Assembly: GCA_030248215.1 (NCBI GenBank)
Contig: JASANG010000611.1
Coordinates: forward strand, 1 to 64,000
Direction of reading: 5' to 3'
DNA from: Enoplolaimus lenunculus
Lineage: Eukaryota
DNA: 64,000 nucleotides
Part shown: positions 26,115 to 39,776 of the stretch, piece by piece
Numbering within the stretch: the stretch's first letter is position 1
How the letters are laid out: every line of letters starts with the position of its first letter
Notes under the pieces: generated by a model
What the model saw: only the letters and a program-made list of their open reading frames with translations
What the model was told of the DNA's origin: nothing
The model's database searches: none
Translations under genes and position numbers: made by a program

Positions 26115-27230
26115 ATATAGCAGCGGCGCTTAAATCGGATTGCTGCCACAATCGTTATTTTGATACAGCCTTAACTTTACCTCACAAAGCAACTGTCGAG
26201 CAATAACTCATTTGAACAACTTACCAACTTATAAGACGTAAATTACTTCCTTTCAAGAAATAATTGTCTTATACTGTAATTAAAGTTTTTAGAATTTATT
26301 ACCTTACGGACTCTTGTTATGGATACGGGCTCCGATTGTTTGGGACTCAAAATGAAGAACACCTCTTATTATCCCCTGTCTTATTCGGGTCACTACAGTA
26401 ATTTAATCTCGGCTCAAAGCAGTTCCAAATTTGAGAATAAGGGCCCTAAACCTATGTCTTTAATATAAAATCTGTGTATAAAAGTTTTGCAAAAGAAGAA
26501 GACATTGACACTATCGCTTGACGTATAGCTTTACACTGTAACATAATATCTAAACTTAATGAGCTTGTGGCAGCATAGAAGATTTATGGAGACTTTAAAT
26601 TTGATGTTAGTTTATCTTACGCAACATTCGGCACTGGTACGGCACAGCCTCAACAATACTGCGCCAAGTGTACAACGAACCATACCGAAACTGCGTGCAG
26701 TTAGGCGCAGTGCTCAAAGGCATACTGCCAATAACTTCTGTTACCCTTAAGTTAAGTTTATGGGGTTTATTTAATCTACCAATAGTAAGATTGCTGTTTT
26801 TATTTCAATTCATGCTTCTACGCTGGAACCAGTGATCTCTGTGGACCTACAGTTTATGGTCGTTTTGGCATTACCGTTTGTCTATAGGGTATTCTTCAAC
26901 CGGCGTTTATATCAACGATTGTCGAATTTTACATTTTTCTGTTCCAGAATTTCGTTTCATGTAACATTAACTGTACCTCTGATTATTTAAAAACTAAAAT
27001 TTTAATTGTTACAAAGCTATAAACACTACTTACGTAAGGTTTTGATCGCTATCGGGCACTCACATAGCGCTATCGAGAGCATGGCCCATGTTACTATAAA
27101 GGCCGTCCCAATTTCCCGGGACACAAATATACCCGGAGTGCACACTTATGCGCTCCTGTTTACATATGCACAGGCAGATATATTTACGTAGGATATATAT
27201 TTTTACAACATATCCATCTGTACTGTATCA

Positions 27231-28421
27231 ATGGGCTCAAATACTACTTTAAATTCTTGTATAATTCGATTTGGCATATTGAGCAAATTTACTGGAAAGT
27301 ATATCAATAATCAGTATACAAAAAAAGAAAACTCGTTCCGTATAACTATGGATGCTTTGTGGAAGCTTGGATGTCAAATCAAGCTTATAGAAAAGACTGA
27401 CTTGATGAATAAATTGCGAAATGACATAAACGATGCGAGAAGTATAGCAGCGCTTGTGGAAAATTTGACCGATGTTACACCCACAAAATATTCATATACA
27501 ACTCGTCGATCAAATTTAACTGGCATATGCTTTGTGTTTTATGATTACACAAACAAATGGTTCTTCATGAACCAAAATGCAGTTTTAAGCACGGTCGTAT
27601 TTAAATGGTACAACTCCTTGCAGCCGCCGTATGCATGGTTACTGTTCTGTTTATCGTTTCTAGTTCAATTGTTTATTGAAGACATCTTAACGCTGAAACG
27701 ACGCAATATTGTCAGAACAATTAATACCGTGCTAACTCTGAGCTATTGGGTTCTTACAGGCGCTGTCTCAGCGGTAATAATTAATCAACACGCGAAAAAG
27801 TTAAGCTTTCCATTTGAAACTTTGCGCGAATCTACTTCCGCAATGGTTCAGTCTGGTTATCGTTGGATTGACAGCGGATCAACGGCGTTGGAACGCTCAA
27901 TTACAACGTCAGGTGAGTTCAATTATGATCCTGTCGTATCACAAGCGCTCAGAAAGTTTCCTGTTAAAAAATTTGGAACAAAACGAAACTTATTCAGTGT
28001 ACTGAACAATGACAAACGTGCAAAATTATTTGCTATTCGAGATATCGCAACGCTAGGCCATCTTTCTTATCGCTATACCAACGTTATTGCTTACCCAGTG
28101 AAATTATTCCCAAATTCAATGTTTGGGTCATTTTACCGTTGTCATATGCCTAAGGCAGTGCAGTACGTCGAATCAACAAAACGTTTTCAAGAAATACGTA
28201 CCACGAAAAACTTTAAAAGAACAGAAAATATCGTTGCCTTACGAAAGAAACAATTGCGCAACAATGCAGTTTTACTCCCGTTTTCGATCGATGTCGTTAA
28301 GTCAATGTTTTATCCGTTACTGTGTGGCTGGATTGTGGCGTCAATGATGTTTGCGGTTCAAACAGGATTGCAGCATTTTGTATACGTTTGCAAACAAAGA
28401 TTAGAGTGCATTTATTTTTGA
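27231..28421 (+). CDS. Intronless divergent ionotropic glutamate receptor/IR-like protein copy 2, 396 aa
   Basis: S1-like segment (IAALVENLTDV...YTTRR...FVF), pre-M1/M1 (FKWYNSLQPPYAW), M3 GAVSAVIINQHAKKLSFPFETLRES in register with [26 protein letters not shown], M4 SIDVVKSMFYPLLCGWIVASMMF. Confidence 0.75.
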   Translation: MGSNTTLNSCIIRFGILSKFTGKYINNQYTKKENSFRITMDALWKLGCQIKLIEKTDLMNKLRNDINDARSIAALVENLTDVTPTKYSYTTRRSNLTGICFVFYDYTNKWFFMNQNAVLSTVVFKWYNSLQPPYAWLLFCLSFLVQLFIEDILTLKRRNIVRTINTVLTLSYWVLTGAVSAVIINQHAKKLSFPFETLRESTSAMVQSGYRWIDSGSTALERSITTSGEFNYDPVVSQALRKFPVKKFGTKRNLFSVLNNDKRAKLFAIRDIATLGHLSYRYTNVIAYPVKLFPNSMFGSFYRCHMPKAVQYVESTKRFQEIRTTKNFKRTENIVALRKKQLRNNAVLLPFSIDVVKSMFYPLLCGWIVASMMFAVQTGLQHFVYVCKQRLECIYF

Positions 28422-29758
28422 GACTTGGTTTAATTCAATTGATCACACGACAAAATTTATCAATTTCTCTTGCATCACCGTTTCGTAACAATGTTTTCAT
28501 AAAATGTCTGTTTACTTCTACACCGTTACCATAATGAGTACCACTTTGATCTCATCATTAGAACAGTAAAATGGATAGTAAAAATAACATATACGATTTG
28601 TACGGTCAACGTAAGCCCCGATGTGGTGCACAGTAACCTTCGCATAAATGACCGATGTTCCTCGCTAATCAACGTGGCCGCCTAGGCGCCTACCAAGACT
28701 GAATGTGTATTTCAAATCGCCAAAGTATTGTATAATAATTAAAGTCAAATGACAAACTCAGAAGGTTGAAAACGCGCCTGAAACAGTGAATTGGATGCTT
28801 GCCTCGACAATCCATATAACAAGAAGTTTCAATTAGCATTTTTTTCTGCCAGCGCTATGGAATCTTTACAAAACTTCATCCGCTCATGTGGTACGTGTTA
28901 GAAATCGAAACCTTTAAGAAGCAATGCGGGTGACAAATTTTCAGTACGGTAATCAGGACACTTCAATGTAATCGGTATATGCCAAGTTGTTTTGTGTGTT
29001 ATTCCATTGTACAGTTGTAAAATCCGAGTGGCTGTATTCAATTTTTAAATGTACGAAGTGATAGCTACAAATTTAGGATAGATTTTATCCACTAACATTT
29101 CTTTCTGTTTAGCGATACTTTTTCAACTTGTGCTTACCGTAGCGTATGCATCGACATGTTTTCAAACGGCGAAGTGGTTTCTTAAACTAAAAACCTGCAT
29201 AGGTTCTTCGACAGGCGTTTTAATGGGATTTTCGCGGTTATGCACGCAACTTCATGTTAAACTGCTAACTCTGGGTAGGCTATTTTTACGCTCAGGTGCA
29301 GTGCAGAGTGGTTTACATTACGTTCATCCTCAGCAGCTAACCAGCAATCGATTTCTTTTCCAATGTCCATAAAAAGGATGTAAACGATAGTGGAAATAAC
29401 GATAACAGAAACGGAAACGACAGTATAAAATAAAAGTGTCAAATATGTTTTATTATTGCGAACAGAATTGTGTCGTGCAATGTAAAAATAGAAATTACCT
29501 CCTTGACTCCAATATTTGATTTAATAGTTACTTGCAGACTTTTCCAGAATTGAACTAAAGAAACTGGTCCTTATTATAAAAATTAACAAGATTTTTCTGC
29601 CCAATCTCAGTTAAATTTAAAACCTGCTATCACCGTTGCACAAAATTTGTAACTCCACAATTTCGTAAAAAAATTACTTCAAATCTCGACTGAAGCTCCA
29701 AGTATTTTGATTCAGGTATTGCGGCTATTAGTTTTTAACTACGGGGAGTACGAGTATA

Positions 29759-30203
29759 CTGTAGTGTCCCGAATAAGAGAGGGGACTGATATTTCTTTGG
29801 CCTCTCCAGAGCGCACCCCCTCTGTTATTCGGCTACGGACTGTTATTTATTTTTAACATACGCTCCGCCAACCTTCGCTCCTGATATATCCGGTACTGCA
29901 ATTATCCGTTGAATTAAAACGTTTATTTGTCTTGTGTCAATAGCTTGAGCGATAATGCAAGGTTATACTTTGGAATGTACGTTCAAAATTTAAGTACGCT
30001 TTAAAGTTTCGAATTCAAATTACTTGGGCCTGGAGTGATTTATGCGCTACAATAAGGGATAATTGACATTTATGGACTCTAATTAGGGTTTAGGGACTCT
30101 ATGCGTTTACGGACTCTTATTAGGGATACGGACTCCTACTGATTGATACTCAAAATGGGCACCCTCCCCTTCTTATTACCCCCTCATCTTCGAGTCAATA
30201 CAG
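29759..30203 (+). mobile_element. pogo/Tc-like MITE (TA TSD); fragments at 26303-26398 and about 51260-51390
   Basis: TA-CTGTAGTGTCCCGAATAAG ... CGAGTCAATACAG-TA; highly similar to 63156-63596 in reverse. Confidence 0.88.
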
Positions 30204-31605
30204 TACATTCAAATAATAATTGGTCAAGCGAATTATTTTAAGCGCACAGTATGCTCTAGTCAATTTATCAACATCTGACAGTATCAGAAGCACTCCATTT
30301 TTACTTGAAAACGTAACGATTGCTGGAACATACGTAGTAATGGAGGTTTTTGTACTCTAAGTTTCAAAACGAATTACATCTTTATTATGTTGCTTTTGTG
30401 TCCTTTAGAACTTAATTGAGTTTCAAATGAAACTCCAAAAGATTCATCGAAACTAACTGAAGGGCCTTGGACATCCAACCCGTGGCCTTGACGCACACGT
30501 ACTCGGTAAATCTTTCGCCGGTAAATCTTGCTTACACCAGTGGGTATGATAAATATTAAACAACCTAAATGCAATTTAACGTCAACCAAATTACCATCTC
30601 AAAAATCATAATTAATTCGCTTGGCAACGCTCAAGTATGTCAAGCGTCAGATCTACAAAGATCATTATTTTTGTGCTGTTCATGAAATTTCGTTCATATT
30701 TTGAGATTTTAAAGCTGTGTTTTACACGAATAAATTTCACCTGTTCTGCTATTTCAAAGTCAAGTCTATAAAAATGTATAATATTGAGCGTTGTAGCGGA
30801 ACTAAGATAATTATAAATCTATTATTTCAGCTTCATTTTTGTTTTTTTTCGAAAATAACAAAATAAGACACGCCCGTGTTGACCGGGCCCTTCTCGGGAA
30901 ATACAGGGTTCGGATTGGTTCAACTTTTTGTTATACAATCATTTAATTGTCAAAAATCATTAAAGCTCAACTATTTTAATCAGTTTATGTCCTCTGAATA
31001 CCGCTTATTACAGTACTAAGCAGAAACGTAGGCTCCTATCTTAGGCTACTAGCTGATTGATAATCAAATCCGTATAGTCAGGGGTGATTGGGGTTCAGAC
31101 CCCAGCACGGATTTTTGTATAGTGATTTTAAGATAATTTTTCGATTTGGAACAAGAATCCTCCTTCGAATTTTTCATAAAACATAAATATTCCGTTTCCA
31201 AAATTATGGCTTCAGTCAATGTTGGTGAGGTGCTTAAATAACACAAAGTTGTATTGATATTTGAAAGAAAAATTCTAAACACAGCAACGACAACCATTTC
31301 GGAAACCAGAGTACGTGGTGTAGCAAAACCAAGTGTGTGAAATTTTATGCGACCAATGGAGATCACATCACGACCATCGTTAATCACCAATTGCCGAAAC
31401 CACAAACTTACTTGTGCAAAATTATCCAAACAAAAATGCTTACCTTTGTTTTAGGTACAAAAACAATCGTGAGATAATATTGTATACAAATGTTATGGTT
31501 GAACAGTCTGGAGTGATGGTATGCGCTTTGGAATAAACTCCAGATGCCGCTGAGGTTCACCTGCCAATACATTTCACACAGTAAAAGGAAAACGTTGGTT
31601 AGATG

Positions 31606-31783
31606 GGCCCATCTAAAGATCAGGAACGGATCATGTTTCTGCAGGTCTACAATAGAGTAAACTTAAACTTTAGACGATTGTTTTGCTTTGGCTTACAGGT
31701 ATAAAACATCATTCAGACTTTAACTTAGGATTTAGGAGGAGTATGTTTGGACTACTGTTACGGTTCTTTTCTATACATTGGCC
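31606..31783. mobile_element. Family-A TTAGGC MITE, degenerate; another partial copy at about 32300-32445
   Basis: GGCCC..ATCTAAAGATCAGG left end, TTCTATACATTGGCC right end. Confidence 0.7.
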
Positions 31784-34587
31784 GTGTGGTGAAAACCGGT
31801 AATTCTTGTCAGGAATAATGAGTTCTTGACAGCGTAGTTGTGTTGGTAATAAAATTATTTAAATCACTTTGACGTTTACAAACTTCTTTGCGAAACGTCC
31901 TGTATTTTATTTCGTTTTCTTTTATCAGGCAATATATATGCCGAGACAGGCGTTGTTTACCATCGCACCGAATCTTCAAATTCGAACTCCTCAGCTGCTG
32001 AAAACGAGAAACAAATTTTGACGTCATACAGCAAGCAATTTGGCTGATTGTTGCTTGCAATTGCACCATCGTGTTGTCTTGTACGATGGCGAAATTTCAT
32101 CGCTACCTTGAAGGAAGTAGCAGAAGTTTTGAGAAACGACGGCTTTCGAAACAGATAAACAACCAATTGCACGATATTGAGGCTTAAGTTTGGTTTAAAA
32201 CCTTTGAACTGCCAAAGTTTTTTAGATGTCAAAATTTCAAATACATATTTGCAGTGCCAATACTATGCAGACCGAGCCATCCGATGAAACTTTCGATAGT
32301 TTTAAGCTTAATCTTTAGACTATTTTTTTGGTTAAATTTAGGCATAGGCTTAGGTATAGACGCATTCTTACGCTTATGTTCGGCTTAGACTTAGGAATAT
32401 AATATGCTTATACTATTGTTACTGTCTTGTTCTATAAATTGGCCACGTTTCTTATATTGCTAATCTTCGCGGTTTACAAAATTTATTTTATTTTAGAGGG
32501 CAAAATCTGATGTATTTAATAATATTTTTTGCAAGCAAGCGACGCGAAAAAATAAATTCATTTGATCCCTAAGATTTAGCAGTTTTAACACGTTACAGTA
32601 GAAGCAGTAGTACGGCACAACAACTGAAAGTTAACTTGTGTTCGCCAATTATACGTTGACTTCTACATTCAAGACGAAGCGACACATGTAAACTAGCTGC
32701 GTTTTTAAGTTTGTTTGCAACTGAACGTAAGCTCAAATTTGGTTTAACCGTTAAATAGAAACGTTTTATAACAGCCTAATGCTCCATATAATGCTGCGAT
32801 GTACAGTTTCGGTAGGTCCTAATTTTTGTTTTTGTTTACGCATTAAGGTAAATTAATGACCTTTGTTTTTAATTACTGCAAAAGTATGAAAAACGGCAGT
32901 AAATCGTATATGCTGTCTCCCGGTTTACATTCGATGATATATATTTTATATTCAATTAATGCTGCTTTAGCTCAACCTATGATTAGTTGCTGTAGTATTT
33001 AGTCAGAGGTCTACATAACGAAATATTAGGCATAATAGTGTTGCTTAAATGACTGTCCGTCAAGGTAGGAATCGGGACTTTGACCTTATTAGTAGCTGGA
33101 AAACAGGCTCACGAAGCGGGGATCGAATTCTCACCGTACAGATCGTTAAGTGGTTACTCTACTGCGCAATACAGCCCGCGTCTTCAACTGCTTTTATTGT
33201 CACCGTCCACTGGCGGTGACTCCTGTATTCGCTAGCGGCATAGTTCAAAGACTTATGTGCTATAAATACAGCAGAATGTTTTCAGTGAAATTATTGATAC
33301 AAATTCTTAACTAGAATTTTTACATACGTGTGACGTGTGATAAAGCTCATAAACTATTCGCAAGTGTAAGCTTATTCTAATGCAAAACTATGGCAAACAT
33401 TCAATAGGGCTTCGATATTTCTGCTTTGCCATCTAATCTTACATAAATGATTAACAAAAATTTACAACCAAACAATATGAAGCATCGACAGTCAAGGTTG
33501 TTTTTCATGTTTGCAGCTCCGGTTTTAACTACGCCATTAAAGTTCCGCATTGTATATTGATTTTGATTGAACAGGTTTGAATGCTAAGTTGAGAAAAATA
33601 AAATGTTGGTGTTCGTGCCTTTATAGCACGTTTGTGCGGCCAGTCAGTAGCTCTGCTCCGGTAACTCAGCCCAACGGCACCTTGCTACACACTGCGCCGA
33701 GAGTACGACTGCAGATATCGCTGTCCGTTGAAGCATATTACTCGCAGCTTCACTTACTGTAGGCCACGCCGAAGGTCAGTTTTGAGACTGAGGGGAAAAT
33801 TTGAAGTCTCACTGGTCGCTATATATACAAATACAATATTTGCAGATGGACACGTCGCTGTGGTCTGAAACAATTTTCCGGATGAATCAACACTATATCA
33901 TCCATGCAGTTAATCCTACGCCAACAATAAAAACTAAACAAACTAAATTAAAAGTTCGATCTCAGTGGTGTAACTTAACCGTTTATATGGCATCAACGCG
34001 CTAAATTTACTATATGAAATATAAAAAATGACGTTGAAGCGTTTGTTCTGGTTAAGAATAACAGCAAAAACGCTGACTTTTGGATAAACAAGTGATTTTA
34101 CAAAGTTATTTACCACAGATAAAGTACAAACAATATGTTTGTTTCTGCTTGTTAAGAAAATGTTGTTTGCTCCTGGTTGTCGTTCAGCGAATATATTATT
34201 AAATTTTTCCAACAAAAAATGAATTTTGTTTTTCCCTGAAAACTAGAAAACGTAGTTGCACGAATGTGTAACTTTCATAATGCAAGTGGTTTGGCATTAT
34301 ATATCTTAAACATGTTTGGTTAAAGGTAGACTAAGAAGACTATTGAAACCGTCGCACGAGCGAACTAATCTATTTTACGCATTAGACTGTTGAAGATAGT
34401 TTCGCCTTAAAGTTGTTATTCTCCGTACGCGCTCTGAATTGCGCTACTATTACATATATATGACTATATGAATAATTGTTCTATGCTGGAACACCGCGGT
34501 GACCACAGTTTGCCTTTAAGGCAAAATGGCTTGTTTCAGAATATATTTGTAAACAAGTATGCTGCCTGGTAGTATGCATACTGTAGT

Positions 34588-35567
34588 TGTGAATAGTTCG
34601 TGATTTCGGTTACGGTTTGAAACCACCAACTCCGCGTCTAGGTCCGTATTCCAATGGCGCTTATTCGTTCTGGTTCAATAATGCAGTCGGTGTTACCCTT
34701 TTTTCCCCCAACACCGTATTAAAGCTATACAAGTAAAGCACGAGTACCGAAACAATACAAGTAATATGGTTAACCTGCCGACCTTATTCAACCGAACTGT
34801 GCCGAAAGTTCCTTTGTTTCAGGTGTTTTCCGTACGTCAACTACGATACACTTAACCCTGTTGTTCTACTAAGTCATAAGCTCACACCGTACAAGACAAA
34901 AATGCAAACTTTACGTGACAACCCCGAATACTCCGTAAAACCCCAGTTAACCGTACAAAATTCCCAAGATTCCCCAGAAAACAGACGAAACTAGCCCCGC
35001 TAGAATGGACTAACCCAAGAAAACTCCAAATAAACCCCAAGAACTCCGTTAACACATAACCCAAGTAATCCCGGTTTTCTCCTGGTACTGCCCGTAGGTT
35101 CCGCGCTATGTGCTTCCTTTTGCTGATTCCCTTAAGTCGGTTTTACCGTAGGTTCACATGGAGCTACCGTGAATCTTGTTGCAAGTAAACACCTCTTACC
35201 TAAGTCGCCCGAAACACTTATGCAATTCAACTCCTACAATTACTAAGCAATCGCATTCCCAAACTATGCAATTAGGTGAAAACACGCCAAAAATAAAAGA
35301 CACCGCATTATTAGCTGACAAACTCAATAATGAATTTATGGGACTGGCTAGCCCAGCCCCCGTATTGAGCTGATTTGCACAATTTTGAGTGTCCCGGGCG
35401 TCTCGGGCCCGTTAGGTATGCCGTTTAGCAACGCCTAAGCCTAACATAAGTTCTAAGAGAGTCTAGGCGGAGCAGGGGACTCCCTTAAGGTGTGGTTTAG
35501 GACTTGGTTCTAGATTTGTTTTAGTTTTTAGTTTGAAATATATTTAAGAGTGGCACAGCCACCGACA
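34588..35567. mobile_element. Solo LTR nested in the left TIR of a pogo/Tc-like MITE (34581-35886)
   Basis: TGT...ACA termini and 5-bp TSD GTAGT/ATAGT. Removing it restores TA-CTGTAGT-AACCCGAATAAG. Confidence 0.75.
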
Positions 35568-36577
35568 ATAGTAACCCGAATAAGGGGTAATGATATTGAT
35601 TTAGCCTCTCCAGGCGGTACCCCCTGTTACTCGGTTACGGACTGTTATTTATTTTAACCCTCGTTCCGCCACCCTTCGTTACTGATATATCCGGCACTGC
35701 AACTATCCGCTGAACCAAAGTTTATTTGTCTTGTGTCAATAACTTGAAAATTTCGAAGTCAAATTATTTGGTCGTTAAGTCATTTATGCGCTTCAATTAG
35801 GAATAATTGACGTTTATGAACTCCAATTGGTTTAGGGACTCTATCCGCTTACGAACTCTTATTAAAGATACGGACTCTTATTGATTATATATAATAAACT
35901 TAACCCACACAGCTAGCGTAATTATTAAATTCAAATTTAGACCTGCGTGTAGAGATATGGTTATGTCCATCGCCTCGAATAGGTGTTGAAAACTTAGCTC
36001 TTAATAACCGGACACATCAGATTTGATGTGTGTGCTAACGGCCGCACATATCCTTGAGCCTTTTGGACAAAACTGGGGCGAGGGCACTGGAAGCGAGGCC
36101 GCGAGTTAGCGGCCCGCCTTCCGGTTATTCCTAAACTGAGAAATTGCGTAGCTAACTGATATATCTATCAGAGCTTGTCGCAGTGGGCACATCCAATGGT
36201 GAAATTTGTCTTATTGCTTAAAACCTCAAGCCCTGCAGACTCCCTGAGATATTGCCGATGCTCACTAGGGGTTGCCAAGTCAGGTCTGACTTGAGTGGGC
36301 AGATTTGCCCGGGTTTGTTTTTCTGTTTTATTGTTGTTTCTCTTCACCCTTTTTGGGTGTGTTTGCTTTCTCTCTTGTTTTGTTTTTTTTCAGTACTGCT
36401 GCTTTGCAGCTTTCTTCGATTGTTTGCAACCGCTATCTGATTTGCATAAATTTTAACTTTTACATAATTTTATGAAAAAATTTATGCATAATACCTTCTC
36501 AACATGCAAATCAGTTAGCCTAATAGCTAAAATTTTCAGCTATAAAAGAAGCTGAAAATTTGTCTTTAGAGCGCAGT

Positions 36578-37474
36578 TGTAACATTTGGTTTAGCTTTCG
36601 TTTAGGTCTAGTCAGTGCTAAGTTATTAGTTTGCTTAAGCTTTTTAATCTTTAGTATTTGTCTTAATTTATATTTAGTATTAGGTAGCTAACCATGTAGT
36701 GCGCACAGTGTCCACTGTTTGAATCTTCCGGGTGTTCAGACATCCACTTGGCGGCGTGTGTTTAGGCGGCGTTGAATTCCCGGCTTCGTGGAGATCCCTT
36801 TCCTTCTGGTCCCTGTCCCCTACCTGTGTTGTTTCCAATTTCGCAATTTTGCCCGGTCTAAGTTTTTTCCGTGTACCCGTGGTTAGTCTCCTAACTAGCC
36901 GTTTGGTCCGTCAATTCCATACGGTGTGGCTGTTAAAGGGTTTTGCCTTCTCTGTTCACCATTCCTTGTTATTCCTTGTCTGTCCCGTGTTCCCTGTTTT
37001 ACGAAGCCATCAGATTATGCGCTTAGCCGTTTGAATCCAAGGCGGCAAGGGTTAAGGCAAACCCAGTCGCTTGTGTGCGTTGCACAAGAGCTCGCAGGAC
37101 TCGCGTTTGCTCTAAAGGTGCTGACCCTGGACGACCCGCTCCGAACTCGGGTGTACCTCTCGCTCGGCCGAAGCTCGATTTTTGACTCTCTCGGCAACCT
37201 TGTTCCAAAACTAAGCGAAACTTTCAAACTTCAACACCATTTTTGATTGACAACTGTTTGTATACACTTTTATTATTAAACTTATTGGTCAGTTGAGTTT
37301 TAAACCCACAAAAACGAGTTTAAAGAGATCTAAGACGCTCCCGGCAACCTTGTTCCAAAACTGAGCAAAACTTTTAATTCCAATATCATTTTTGATTGAC
37401 AAACGTTTGTATATTGTTTTATTATTAAACTTATTAGTCAGTTGAGTTTTAAACCCACAAAAACGTATTCAGCA
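36578..37474 (+). mobile_element. Possible LTR-like remnant with a 3' tandem duplication
   Basis: TGTAAC start and CA end; direct repeats of about 127 bp at about 37190-37316 and 37340-37465, each with ATTAAA; TSD not clean. Confidence 0.4.
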
Positions 37475-39061
37475 TAGTTACATTACTTTCTAATGTATAA
37501 AATTAGCCACGTTTGGCACATACTTTCACTGTAAAAAGTACGATGAAGGCTTGAAATACGATATCCCACTTAATCTTTGTTATTCAGTCTTTTCAATGAT
37601 TTACGTTTAGTTACACCGCGTTTTGTCGTTGTGAAGAAGAAATCCACAATATTTAAAACATCAGATCGAACAAACTTGTGGAAATTGTACGAAAAAATCA
37701 AACGTTTGATACACCGCGGTTTATTAAATTTCTGAAAATAGACACTTGTTTACATTCTTCTTTAACATCATTAATAGTAATTTGATAGAAAGTGCGTAAA
37801 GCTGATGCCTATTATTTTATTTTAGTCATTATGTGACGTCGAATCTACTATTGAGAAATTTAGTGCAGCTGTAGAAAACTTTTATCACAAATAGCACAAA
37901 TTTTCATAAAGTATACTTCAGGGACCCAATCCGTTTTAGACCTGCTGCGAACTGGTTATAGGCGCCGCACACAGTTGAGAAGGTCGGCACTAAATGTGAA
38001 AATGTGTACATCCAAGCACAATCTATAATATTTGAAATTTTGTGAAGAAACAGTTCGATTTCAAATATTCAGCGCAGTAAAAATTGTTCGTTTCTGTTAA
38101 AATAACACTTTAGGATTATAGAACAAATTTAAACTTGAGCTAAATTTCATACAGTGGACAGTTTTCAAATCCACCAAACAAACAGACACGGTTTAATCAA
38201 TACTAATGACGTATAATAATTCATGACCCATGCCGACTTCTTTTAAACTGTGCGTATAATTCGAGCATGAAAAATAAAGTAAATTTTATTTTTAAATTTG
38301 ATTTTTAATGCTGCCGAGAAGGAAAAATCAACCGCGGCCGATTATTTTGGGCTTCGTAATGACAGTTAATTGAGTTTTTTTCGTTTTGATTTAGAGTGCA
38401 ATTTCAATATTTATCCTGAAATGTGTAAAACAATTGAGTTTCACCGCAAAAATGGTTTGGTTTTGAAAATTTTCCACATATTTGAGCTTCACATGAGACC
38501 AAATGTAACTGGTTTCGCGCCCAAATTTGAATTTTTCAAAAAGCCGAATTTTAAAGTTCGGAGGTCCTCGTTTGGGCTGTGAAAAAAGTTTTGTCAAAAA
38601 GTTAGACAAACACCATACCAGCTAACGCAGCTTTCAGAGCTAGTCGAATGGTGCTCAACGTTTTGCTATTATACGTCTAGTAAACGAGTTATTTTATCAA
38701 ATAACTGCTGACCGGCGCGCCAAATCCGTTTTTCCATATCCGGTTTACTATCACACAGATACGTCGATAGAACTAAAAAATTGTTCATTGGCGTCAGACG
38801 GTCATCGTATCCCAAAATACGTTTTGTTCAATAATCCTCATTTGCATACACCAACCTAATTTTCTGGCTTCTCCCATACACACATTAATGTCAAACTGAT
38901 CAATCGCTGTCAATTTAAATGCGGAATTAAAGGGCGTTTGAAAATTAGTTTTTTTTTAATTTTTATGGTTATTTTTTATTGGTTTGGAGCCTTTTTCAAT
39001 TTTATGTATTAAGGAATTTTATATAAAAACTTCTCGCTTTGTGTTCGTGGTTTCAAATCTG

Positions 39062-39268
39062 GGCAAATGTAAAGTACAGGGGCAGAACAGTATTATAAGC
39101 ATATTCTTAAGTCTAAGCTTAAGCCTAAGCCTAAGCGTAAGAATGAGCATATTCCTAAACCTAAGCCTTGTCCTAAACCTAAGCCAAGCAAAAAACTAGT
39201 CTAAATCTTAAACTTGATCAATTTCAGTCCCACAGAAAAACGTTCCGCCCCTGATCTTTACATGGGCC
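39062..39268. mobile_element. Family-A TTAGGC MITE
   Basis: TIRs GGCAAATGTAAAG..CAGGGGC / GCCCCTGATCTTTACATGGGCC; perfect 8-bp TSD CAAATCTG. Confidence 0.9.
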
Positions 39269-39329
39269 CAAATCTGTTAACCCGTTTTCGTGCCGCTGTA
39301 CGCGAGTGGTTTCAATTATATAACTGGTT

Positions 39330-39466
39330 GGATCTTGTCCACTTTCCCCACATTTAAAGTTAAGGCTTAGGCTTATGTAAAGATATAAGCAATGGCTAGG
39401 CTATGGTATGCCGTTTCCGACACAAAAGCCTAAAAATATCCCTGTGCTCGGCAATATATAAGAGCC
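39330..39466. mobile_element. Family-B TTAGGC/GCCTAA palindromic MITE; other copies at about 40340-40929, 46804-46946, 61348-61521, 61870-62017
   Basis: TIR consensus GGCTCTTGTACACTT...AAGTGTACAAGAGCC, with TTAGGC on the left arm and GCCTAA on the right arm. Confidence 0.7.
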
Positions 39467-39776
39467 AATCGTTGCATTAATGGCATCTGTGCGATACAGA
39501 AAGCGTGACTACTAATTTGACCAAAGATTTTCAGTTTTCAAGCGTGCCGATAAGTTGTTGCTTTTCTTGAAACTGTTTGTATTTGTGTCTATAATTCTGT
39601 TTTGAGAAACATGTTATACCAACATTTAATAAATTTAAAATATTTGCTAAACGTTTAGCACAAAACTCTACCAAATCTCGTACTGACTCGTATTTATTTA
39701 TGACGTAAAGTATTGCCGCTTATCAGCGCGGCCTTTTTAACTAACAATCGACGACTAAATTATAATAAACAAAATA

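Noticed and set aside
31064..31440. 121-aa minus ORF and a faint C-type-lectin-like plus-strand reading
   Set aside because: No diagnostic motif (WND and a Cys are missing) and no consistent splice model.
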